Below are positions 15,543 through 22,165 of a DNA stretch of 43,253 bases, piece after piece (position 1 is the stretch's first letter; each line of letters opens with the position of its first letter). Position numbers and translations under genes: made by a program. The stretch comes from a virus, in IMG/VR virus record IMGVR_UViG_3300028831_000428, positions 1 through 43,253 of that record. One strand, given 5' to 3'. The notes under the pieces are model-generated. The model made no database searches. It saw only the letters and a list, made by a program, of their open reading frames with translations, and had not been told where the DNA came from.

Positions 15543-16427
15543 ATGAATATTTTTTCTAAGAAAATGCAGATGGTTGACATGCAAATAGCCGAATACCTGA
15601 ATTGGTGCGAGTTCAATGCTATGATGACATGCTCAACAATGGTCACAAAGAGAAAGGCTATCGAACGGTTTTTATCTGTTAATCCAAATATAAACGATCT
15701 ATCAAAACTTACGAACGAACAATTCGATCAGTGGAGAGCCGACCTAGCAAAGGGCGGACTGGCCGGAAAGACCATTAACAACTATGCTGATCATATTACC
15801 GGGGCTATCAGATTCCTAAGAGATCGTAAAGAAGTGAGAGTGGCGATAAATCTGAACAAGATTGACCGAGCTATGGAGAGAGATGGCGAAATGCCTTACT
15901 TCACTCATGACGATATGATGTTGATAAAACAAAATTGCTATGGTCCACGTGAGAAGATTCTAATATCGCTCCTGTATGATTCTGGCCTACGGATATCAGA
16001 GGCGGCTAACTTGAAGATCAAAGATGTCAAGGAGTGTACAGTCACGATTATCGGCAAGGGCGGTAAACGTCGAACGACATTCATACTGCCAGAGACGCGA
16101 CAGGAATTAGATAAGTGGCTTCATCTGAACGATATCACTGATGGATATATCTTTCCATCGCCGACGAAATTCGGGGAGCCACTAAGCATTCAACAGATTA
16201 GGTCGTCCATTAATTCACCGATCAACAGAGCTGGACTGAAAGGAAGCGCACATACAATCCGACATAGTTTCACCACGCGTCTAATCGATGGTGGCGCGGA
16301 CATTCTTACCGCAAGCGCGGTGTTGGGGCACGCGGACACCCGAACTACGCAAGGGTACTACCACCGCCACATCGATACATTAGCGAAAAAGTTCGAGTCA
16401 GCCATGAGCGTATTGACAAAAGCCTAG
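15543..16427 (+). CDS. int: Tyrosine recombinase / phage integrase (XerC/D-like)
   Basis: GLRISEAANL (Arg I), AHTIRHSFTTRL (HxxR), LGHADTRTTQGYYH (His plus the catalytic Tyr region). Confidence 0.9.
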   Translation: MNIFSKKMQMVDMQIAEYLNWCEFNAMMTCSTMVTKRKAIERFLSVNPNINDLSKLTNEQFDQWRADLAKGGLAGKTINNYADHITGAIRFLRDRKEVRVAINLNKIDRAMERDGEMPYFTHDDMMLIKQNCYGPREKILISLLYDSGLRISEAANLKIKDVKECTVTIIGKGGKRRTTFILPETRQELDKWLHLNDITDGYIFPSPTKFGEPLSIQQIRSSINSPINRAGLKGSAHTIRHSFTTRLIDGGADILTASAVLGHADTRTTQGYYHRHIDTLAKKFESAMSVLTKA

Positions 16428-16441
16428 TTGTTTGCTAGACT
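16413..16441 (+). promoter_or_regulatory. Strong sigma70-type promoter reading into the attP/tRNA-like region
   Basis: TTGACA (16413-16418), a 17-nt spacer containing TG at -15/-14, then TAGACT (16436-16441). Overlaps the int stop codon. Confidence 0.6.
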
Positions 16442-16469
16442 GTGCTTAGTACCTTTCAAAAACAAAATT

Positions 16470-16483
16470 GATCCGGATCTTCG
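16470..16483. repeat. Left copy of the GATCCGGA(A)TC/CGAAGATCCGGA repeat flanking the tRNA-like core (arm-site or helix strand)
   Basis: TCCGGATCTTCG (16472-16483) is the exact reverse complement of CGAAGATCCGGA (16604-16615). Confidence 0.8.
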
Positions 16484-16529
16484 CAGAGAAGGCCGAGGAA
16501 TCAAGTGCCGGTAGTTCCTCTTCCTTGGT

Positions 16530-16584
16530 GAGCGCGTCCTTGCCAAGGACGAGGCCGGGGGTTAGAGTCCCCCGACCCGCACCA
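16530..16584 (+). other. tRNA-Gly(GCC) 3'-half-like segment, candidate attP core
   Basis: Anticodon arm CGTCC-TTGCCAA-GGACG (16535-16551), T arm GGGGG-TTAGAGT-CCCCC (16557-16573), acceptor 3' strand GACCCGC, then A and CCA (ends at 16584). No matching 5' acceptor strand. Confidence 0.55.
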
Positions 16585-16603
16585 GATTACCCCAGCATCA
16601 TCA

Positions 16604-16618
16604 CGAAGATCCGGAATC
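16604..16618. repeat. Right copy of the repeat flanking the tRNA-like core
   Basis: CGAAGATCCGGAATC. Overlaps the 5' arm of the terminator. Confidence 0.8.
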
Positions 16619-16633
16619 TCACCGGGTCTTTTT
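16608..16633 (+). terminator. Intrinsic terminator
   Basis: GATCCGG (16608-16614) pairs with CCGGGTC (16622-16628), including one G-U pair. 7-nt loop, then TTTTT. Confidence 0.55.
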
Positions 16634-16856
16634 ATTTACCCCGTGAGGCTAGTAAGTCACTCCTAATAGCCTCACGCAGGCGGATTAAAAACCCGTGTTC
16701 CACGAACGCACGCTCATAAGTCACTTATCGAAAGCGATTGCCACTAGGGGAACAAGAAAATAGCAGAGTTTCTTATAAACTCCGCCACCGTCACCAACTG
16801 CAAGGCTGCGGTGAAGCGTAACCGAGGACACGATTATTCGTATCTCGATCGCGCTG

Positions 16857-17342
16857 TTGGTAGCTGTCGCTTCGGTTCTAACGGCAGTTACTCCGATTCA
16901 GGCTGAGAGCTTGAAGACAGAACCAGCGCAATTTAACAATCTGATCATCGCGCAGAGGCAGCCAGCAAAGCTGCAAGGTGATCTATCGTCCGTGCATGTA
17001 GCCGACATTGCACGGGAATATAAAGCGCCGTTGCCTATCCCAACTGGGGATGCGCAAAAGCAGGCGCTGGATGTGCTGAGCGGTATGGATATAGCTAGTT
17101 CGTATACTGCCGTGGATTATATCTTCTCGCATGAGAGCGGATGGCGTCCGGGTGCGGTAAATGGATTTGGCTGTATAGGCCTTGGTCAATCCTGCCCGCT
17201 TGGTTCTGGGCTGAGTAAAGAATGTCCCGACTGGCAAACGAATGTACGTTGCCAGGTAAGACACTTTACTGCCTATGCGAACCATCGGTATGGAAGCTGG
17301 CAAGCCGCCTACGAATACTGGCTAGTGCATCACAATTGGTAA
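16857..17342 (+). CDS. Secreted lysozyme-like/transglycosylase-like protein (moron next to attP). The true start may be ATT at 16833/16836.
   Basis: Motif SHESGWRPGAVNGFGCIGLGQ. The frame stays open upstream and encodes a full signal peptide (IIRISIALLVAVASVLTAVTPIQA) behind GAGGA. Confidence 0.5.
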   Translation: MVAVASVLTAVTPIQAESLKTEPAQFNNLIIAQRQPAKLQGDLSSVHVADIAREYKAPLPIPTGDAQKQALDVLSGMDIASSYTAVDYIFSHESGWRPGAVNGFGCIGLGQSCPLGSGLSKECPDWQTNVRCQVRHFTAYANHRYGSWQAAYEYWLVHHNW

Positions 17343-17507
17343 CTATTGGTCATCCGTAGAATCTTGGGGGGATACAGGTACATTGTTCTGCCTAAGTCCG
17401 GCTAGGACTAGCTCCTTTCACAATCTTGCATACGTTTTGTGTGAATACCCCCACATTCTTGTTGCTAGCTCCCCTCAGGGCTCTACGGATGACTACGAAA
17501 CACCTTC

Positions 17508-17553
17508 GGTACCTGCGGTTGACAGTAGGATTTCCCGCTCGACCGCAGGTACC
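17508..17553. repeat. 12-bp perfect inverted repeat in a 245-bp non-coding gap
   Basis: GGTACCTGCGGT (17508-17519) and ACCGCAGGTACC (17542-17553), with a 22-nt loop. Confidence 0.8.
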
Positions 17554-17588
17554 GTTAAACAAAAGAAACAACTAAAAAGGAGATCAAT

Positions 17589-17837
17589 ATGATCCTCACA
17601 ATTTTGAACAAAGCACTGTTAATCGTTCCTGGTGTCACGATGTTCTGGATGCCGTCGACCTATATCATGGGCTATACCTTACCACTGTTTAAGATGATAG
17701 GCGTGCTGGCTGTGTTCTTTGCCCTCGGACTAGAATTTGGCCTGTATAAGATCGTGGCCAATACAGCGTATAAGGCATCGAAAGAAGAGAAGAAAGCCAA
17801 GAAACTGGACAATAAAATCAAAAGCTTGGGTTTGTAA
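17589..17837 (+). CDS. Membrane protein with a Lys-rich tail
   Basis: 82 aa with strong SD AAAGGAG. Two hydrophobic helices. Confidence 0.65.
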   Translation: MILTILNKALLIVPGVTMFWMPSTYIMGYTLPLFKMIGVLAVFFALGLEFGLYKIVANTAYKASKEEKKAKKLDNKIKSLGL

Positions 17838-17969
17838 AAAATAATGGATCGGCTGCTAACTGTAGCGCATGGATGAAGAGAAATGTCACCGGGGAGTTTC
17901 AGGAGCCGCGCAGCTTCATATTTCACCCTATCCATACGCTACGGCGAGCAGCCGAGGAAGGCAGATGAT

Positions 17970-18197
17970 ATGAAAATTAATGTTGATTACATCGCAGAAA
18001 ACACCGAAATAAAACTGGTAAGCCCACGGGTTGCATCGGCTAACAAGCTACGACGCAAGTTGGCTGACGTGAAGCTTCGACCACGTCTGAAGTACTTAGG
18101 GGAAGATGACCTGTCAGGACCAGGCGATGACGTGTTCGGTGATTATCTGGCCGAACAGGCACGTGAAATGCGGGAGTTGGACGAGAGGAGCATCTAA
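17970..18197 (+). CDS. Hypothetical protein (track start 17883)
   Basis: ATG 17970 behind GAGGAAGG. Its stop overlaps the erf start (TAATG). Confidence 0.55.
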   Translation: MKINVDYIAENTEIKLVSPRVASANKLRRKLADVKLRPRLKYLGEDDLSGPGDDVFGDYLAEQAREMRELDERSI

Positions 18198-18832
18198 TGA
18201 CCGAACAATCGCTACACAGCAAGCTGGTGAGGATTCAGTCTGAGCTAAAGGCTCCAAAGGGTCAGAAGAACACCTTCGGTAACTACTGGTACAGATCATG
18301 TGAGGACATCCTGGAGGCCGTCAAGCCGCTATTAAAGGCCGAAGGGCTGCTGCTGACTATCTCGGACGATATCGTGCAAATGGGTGAGCGCTACTACGTC
18401 CGGGCATGTGTACAGGTATGGGATGGCGAGCTGGTTGAGAAAGTCACGGCCTTCGCTCGTGAAGCCGAAACCAAGAAGGGGATGGATGAGAGCCAGATCA
18501 CCGGTGCTGCGAGCTCCTACGCCCGCAAATATGCCCTGAATGGGATGTTCTGCATTGATGACACCAAAGACGCTGACGGAATGGACAACTCGGATTCTAC
18601 CAAAAAGATTAACGTATCAGCCGAAGACAAGGTTATGGAAACTATGGATCCTCCCACCGGCAAACAGCTAATAGCCATTCGAGGTTATTTGCACCAGCTG
18701 AGAGTCGATAAAGACGTTCGCGACAAGGTTGTGGAGCAAGCCAATACATTTACCAAGGCATCGGATGTTCTAGCCGAGTTGAAGAAGAAGGTTGAAAACA
18801 AGAAGGCGGCTGAATCGAATGGCAAAGTCTGA
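18197..18832 (+). CDS. erf: ERF-family single-strand annealing recombinase
   Basis: NTFGNYWYRSCEDILEAVKPLL and KKGMDESQITGAASSYARKYALNGMFCIDD are typical ERF signatures (from memory). Confidence 0.8.
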   Translation: MTEQSLHSKLVRIQSELKAPKGQKNTFGNYWYRSCEDILEAVKPLLKAEGLLLTISDDIVQMGERYYVRACVQVWDGELVEKVTAFAREAETKKGMDESQITGAASSYARKYALNGMFCIDDTKDADGMDNSDSTKKINVSAEDKVMETMDPPTGKQLIAIRGYLHQLRVDKDVRDKVVEQANTFTKASDVLAELKKKVENKKAAESNGKV

Positions 18833-18989
18833 ACTAGAAAAGCACAGATTGCACTTCGAGCACATGGAGTATGATCCATTGAAGCATTTCGGACGGATCC
18901 GGTTCAACTCGATAGTAATCTTAGCATCGCAACATGTGCTGAGGCCTGGATTGTGGAGTCTATTGAAGCTAAAAAGAAAGAGAGGATAG
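18819..18989 (+). CDS. Doubtful 56-aa ORF
   Basis: ATG overlaps the erf 3' end. No SD and no recognisable motif. Confidence 0.25.
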   Translation: MAKSELEKHRLHFEHMEYDPLKHFGRIRFNSIVILASQHVLRPGLWSLLKLKRKRG

Positions 18990-18993
18990 CGAT

Positions 18994-19218
18994 ATAGCAG
19001 GGACACGAGAGGGCGGTAAGAAGATTGCTGTTACTAACAAAAAACGATACGGCAATGATTTTTATCGGCGGATTGGGCAGATCGGTGGCTCAAGATCATC
19101 AAGCGGCGGATTTGCTAGCGTGAAACGCGGTGCAGACGGGCTGACTGGCAGAGAACGAGCCAAAGTCGTAGGTGTTATTGGCGGACGGAAGAGCCGCCGG
19201 GTTAGATCAAGGACGTAG
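18994..19218 (+). CDS. Gly-rich basic KGG/stress-protein-like protein with an apparent ATA start
   Basis: Frame open from 18973 to 19218. GAGAGGA lies 7 nt before ATA. Product (M)AGTREGGKKIAVTNKKRYGNDFYRRIGQIGG...GGFASVKRGADGLTGRERAKVVGVIGGRKSRR. No ATG/GTG/TTG until 19120. Confidence 0.45.
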   Translation: MAGTREGGKKIAVTNKKRYGNDFYRRIGQIGGSRSSSGGFASVKRGADGLTGRERAKVVGVIGGRKSRRVRSRT

Positions 19219-19237
19219 CTATCAAAGGAGGGTAGGT

Positions 19238-19507
19238 ATGCGGGGCGTAAAAATCACTGAAGAAGTGTATATGCGGGTTAAGAAACAATTGAAGTATCAT
19301 GGGCAGGCTGAGATTGCCAGACGCAACAGCCTGAGCATTGAAAAGGTCAAGAAGATCGACCTGTGCCCCAGCTACAGCCACTTTGAGGAGCTAACGAGGG
19401 CAGAGCATCCGCCAGAACGAGAGAGCACGTTAGGCAAGCGTGTACGCGAACTGGAGGGGAAGTTCGATAAGCTGGCACGGACAGTGCTGCCTTGGGAGGT
19501 GTGGTAG
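19238..19507 (+). CDS. Hypothetical protein, possible HTH
   Basis: ATG behind AAAGGAGGG; the track extends it to 19172. Confidence 0.6.
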   Translation: MRGVKITEEVYMRVKKQLKYHGQAEIARRNSLSIEKVKKIDLCPSYSHFEELTRAEHPPERESTLGKRVRELEGKFDKLARTVLPWEVW

Positions 19508-19511
19508 TCAT

Positions 19512-19673
19512 ATGAACGAGAAACCAAAATGTGACCACGAATGGGAAGATTACGAGCAGAAAATTGTAGCTGATAATCCCAGATTTGATCATCAAACACA
19601 GCACACGATCGTCCGCAGAATATGCAAGAAGTGTGGCGAAAAATGGATCAAGGATTACAAGGTTGAGCAATGA
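19512..19673 (+). CDS. Small Cys-containing protein
   Basis: 53 aa with C...H...CKKC. ATG behind GGGAGGTG. Confidence 0.55.
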   Translation: MNEKPKCDHEWEDYEQKIVADNPRFDHQTQHTIVRRICKKCGEKWIKDYKVEQ

Positions 19674-20038
19674 TCGAGAGGTTGTGCAAGTCGTGTCATA
19701 AGAACATGAAGGCTTACTCCACAATCCAAAACAAATGCCCTGATTGCCTAAAGAAGACCTACAAGCCAATCCCGAAGAGGGGTAAGGCGACCAAGGTATA
19801 TGAGGTGTGGCGAGATAAGATAGCAATTCCTTACTTGACCAACAGATTTGGCTACGTGTGCTCGATGCAAGGGTGCATGGTTAGCTCGAATCTGGATGTG
19901 GATCATATACAGAAACGCGGGTCGCATCCGGGACTCAAGATGGACGTGCATAATGTTCGATTCTTATGCCGTCAACATCACAGGAAAATAACTGATCAAA
20001 TTAAATGGAGTAACTCAGATGGGTACAAGAACAACTAA
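19670..20038 (+). CDS. HNH endonuclease
   Basis: N-terminal CKSC...CPDC zinc ribbon, then DVDHIQKRGSHPGL...HNVRFLCRQHH. Confidence 0.7.
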   Translation: MIERLCKSCHKNMKAYSTIQNKCPDCLKKTYKPIPKRGKATKVYEVWRDKIAIPYLTNRFGYVCSMQGCMVSSNLDVDHIQKRGSHPGLKMDVHNVRFLCRQHHRKITDQIKWSNSDGYKNN

Positions 20039-20255
20039 TCGTGAATTCGTTATTACGTTCATTCATAGCGATACATTGCAGGCAGTCGCCGAAAGCCTGG
20101 GTGTAACCGTGACGGCGGTGCGTATGAGAGCAAGGAAGTTGCGTAGCATGGGTGTCAGACTTCCAGAGAAGTCAACAATCAGTGAGAAAGATATAGAAGT
20201 GACCGAGCTTAACAACCTGATTGCTCAGTTGAAGAAACGGCAACCAAAGGGATAA
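20019..20255 (+). CDS. Small HTH-type DNA-binding protein
   Basis: 78 aa. The stretch LQAVAESLGVTVTAVRMRARKLR is HTH-like. Confidence 0.55.
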   Translation: MGTRTTNREFVITFIHSDTLQAVAESLGVTVTAVRMRARKLRSMGVRLPEKSTISEKDIEVTELNNLIAQLKKRQPKG

Positions 20256-20259
20256 TGCG

Positions 20260-20433
20260 GTGAACGATTTAGACTATTGGCAGGATGTGATCAAGCTAGT
20301 CATGATATGCTCTGGGCTCTTCGTCATTGCCATAGGTGTGCTGTGGTTCATTGGCATGGCCCTATACAGCATATTCATTGTGACCATAACGGAAGAGATC
20401 GAATATCGGAAGTACCTTAAAAGTAATCGTTAG
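20260..20433 (+). CDS. 57-aa membrane protein (GTG start)
   Basis: Not in the track. Fills the 20256-20458 gap. Contains LVMICSGLFVIAIGVLWFIGMALYSIFIV. Confidence 0.45.
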   Translation: MNDLDYWQDVIKLVMICSGLFVIAIGVLWFIGMALYSIFIVTITEEIEYRKYLKSNR

Positions 20434-20458
20434 ACAAGTTGCGACCGAAAGGAAATAT

Positions 20459-20641
20459 ATGGACGCAGAAGAGATTGAACACGAATTGGAAGAAGTCAAG
20501 AACCATATGGCTCACCCCCACGAGCCATATTACGAGACGTATGAAGTGTACCAGGACATTGCAGAGAATCTGCGACGGAAGTTGGGGGAAGTGGCCGAGG
20601 GCTATACTATTAACCAGAGAAATAATAAGGAGTTTTTATGA
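20459..20641 (+). CDS. Small acidic protein
   Basis: 60 aa with SD AAAGGAAA. Confidence 0.6.
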   Translation: MDAEEIEHELEEVKNHMAHPHEPYYETYEVYQDIAENLRRKLGEVAEGYTINQRNNKEFL

Positions 20642-20970
20642 ACAAATCAACATTCAATGGCCTACGCCACGGTGAAGTGATGCTTATTCCCGTGTCGGCA
20701 ATTCCAGATGGCCGGACACTTGAAAAGGGCGATTACATATTGGCCCATTCAGAGACAGGCCATCACCATGTGCTCGAAGGCAAGCAGTTCGAGATCACCG
20801 AGCTAGAAGACGGCCGCTTATTCGCTCGGATCTTGAGCGACACGCCACTAGAGCACCACAAAACGCACGACAAACATCGCACCCTAACCATCCCCCCAAG
20901 CATCCTAGAGCGGTACGAGATGGTTGAATACAACCCTGCCTCTAAAGCAATCCAAAAAGTGAGGGATTAA
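20638..20970 (+). CDS. His-rich hypothetical protein
   Basis: 110 aa with the motif AHSETGHHHVLEG. ATGA overlap with the upstream gene. Confidence 0.6.
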   Translation: MNKSTFNGLRHGEVMLIPVSAIPDGRTLEKGDYILAHSETGHHHVLEGKQFEITELEDGRLFARILSDTPLEHHKTHDKHRTLTIPPSILERYEMVEYNPASKAIQKVRD

Positions 20971-20975
20971 ACGTC

Positions 20976-22127
20976 ATGGCATTCAACGAGAAGCTTGGTT
21001 ACCATGATGAGACAGAAGCTCTGATCGACCGAATGTGTCGCAATGTCGAGCGTAAGAACTTCCGACTTAATAAGGTAAAGGCAGCCGAGTGCATCTTGCA
21101 AACCTATGATCTGTTCGATCTACCACGTCCAAAGGATATTGTCTGGTGTGTTGACATATTCGATAGCCAGTATCAAGAAGCGGCTTGGTCGGCTGGGTCG
21201 GCTAGGTCGGCTTGGTCGGCTTGGTCGGCTGGGTCGGCTGGGTCGGCTTGGTCGGCTGGGTCGGCTAGGTCGGCTAGGTCGGCTAGGTCGGCTGGGTCGG
21301 CTGGGTCGGCTTGGTCGGCTGGGTCGGCTAGGTCGGCTGGGTCGGCTAGGTCGGCTTGGTCGGCTTGGTCGGCTGGGTCGGCTGGGTCGGCTTGGTCGGC
21401 TGGGTCGGCTAGGTCGGCTGGGTCGGCTAGGTCGGCTTGGTCGGCTGGGTCGGCGCTTGACTATGATTTCGACTACTTTGTCATCGAGCATCAGTACTGC
21501 CTTGACCCTACCGACGGTACGCCTAATGAAAGCGACCGTAAGTATCTCGCATACTCAGAACTACTAATGCAAGCCAAAGAGTATGGCGCAGGCTATCGAG
21601 TCGAGTGGGAAGACACACTCTACATTGTTCCCACTCCTCTGGTTCGTATCGATGGTCAGAATCGCTTCCACTCAGAGACAGAGCCAGCTATTCGCTGGAA
21701 GGGCGGTAAAGAGCTCTATTACCTCTACGGTGAAGAGTTCGACAAAAAGCTATGGCAAAGGGTCACAAGCGGCACCTTTACCGCCAAGGAATTAATGGCG
21801 ATTGAAGATAGCGACCAACGCTCTATTGCTATGACCTATCTAGTACCAAAGGACATGTTGGAGCAAATGGATGCGAAATTTGTGCATGAAGGTATCAAAG
21901 GCAATAGGCTCTATAGATGTGATGATTACCTAGGTAGTGGCGAGACAGAATACGCCCTACTCATGCAAGACGCCAGCACCCCACGCGAGTTTGTCAGCTT
22001 CGTGCCCAAAGATTTTGACCACCACAATAATGCAGACGAGGCCACGGCTGGCATGTACCGACGTGGGGATGGGGTGATGTTGCCGGTTGAGGATTATCTG
22101 CTGATTGGGAGTGAATGGGAAGCGTAG
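20976..22127 (+). CDS. Protein with a 30-unit S-A-(W/G/R) tripeptide array and a C-terminal globular domain
   Basis: 383-aa ORF. The array is encoded by 21182-21451. The C-terminal part contains EPAIRWKGGKELYYLYGEEF. Confidence 0.7.
   Translation: MAFNEKLGYHDETEALIDRMCRNVERKNFRLNKVKAAECILQTYDLFDLPRPKDIVWCVDIFDSQYQEAAWSAGSARSAWSAWSAGSAGSAWSAGSARSARSARSAGSAGSAWSAGSARSAGSARSAWSAWSAGSAGSAWSAGSARSAGSARSAWSAGSALDYDFDYFVIEHQYCLDPTDGTPNESDRKYLAYSELLMQAKEYGAGYRVEWEDTLYIVPTPLVRIDGQNRFHSETEPAIRWKGGKELYYLYGEEFDKKLWQRVTSGTFTAKELMAIEDSDQRSIAMTYLVPKDMLEQMDAKFVHEGIKGNRLYRCDDYLGSGETEYALLMQDASTPREFVSFVPKDFDHHNNADEATAGMYRRGDGVMLPVEDYLLIGSEWEA
21182..21451 (+). repeat. Perfect 9-bp tandem array, 30 units of GGCTNGGTC (N = T, G or A)
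   Basis: Read directly. Units differ only at the fifth base. All six frames are open across the array. Confidence 0.95.
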
Positions 22128-22165
22128 ATTAAATAGCCATCTTTAGTGGCGGAGAGGGAGATGAG

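Larger units (their letters stand above)
16448..16633 (+). ncRNA. Candidate non-coding transcript or leader (promoter to terminator) containing a tRNA-like 3' half
   Basis: Bounded by the promoter at 16413-16441 and the terminator at 16608-16633. The only ORF here (16468-16719, TTG start) is unconvincing. Confidence 0.3.

Noticed and set aside
16505-16584. A complete, functional tRNA-Gly gene
   Set aside because: The 5' acceptor strand pairs at only 3 of 7 positions and the D-loop would be 12 nt without A14. Only the anticodon arm, T arm and 3' end are tRNA-like.
16468-16719. 83-aa ORF across the tRNA-like segment
   Set aside because: It has a TTG start with no SD. It runs through a tRNA-like element, an intrinsic terminator and a further hairpin, and its composition is low-complexity Ser/Arg/Pro.
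17383-17592. 69-aa ORF in the gap before the early operon
   Set aside because: It has a TTG start with no SD and contains the 12-bp inverted repeat. It overlaps the strong SD of the next gene.
18975-18992. Programmed +1 frameshift from ORF 18819-18989 into the Gly-rich frame (AGA GGA TAG C, with an SD-like AGAGGA)
   Set aside because: It superficially resembles prfB, but the P-site codon GGA cannot re-pair in the +1 frame and the upstream ORF is itself doubtful. ATA initiation behind the SD is simpler.
21182-21451. CRISPR array
   Set aside because: The 9-bp units are contiguous with no spacers, far shorter than CRISPR repeats, and lie in frame inside a 383-aa ORF.
21106-21567. The ORFs encoding LGRLGR... 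(+, 21106-21567) and RPSRPS... (-, 21120-21491)
   Set aside because: They are alternative frames opened by the tandem repeat. They have no SD or ordered flanks, whereas the 20976-22127 frame has ordered N- and C-terminal domains.
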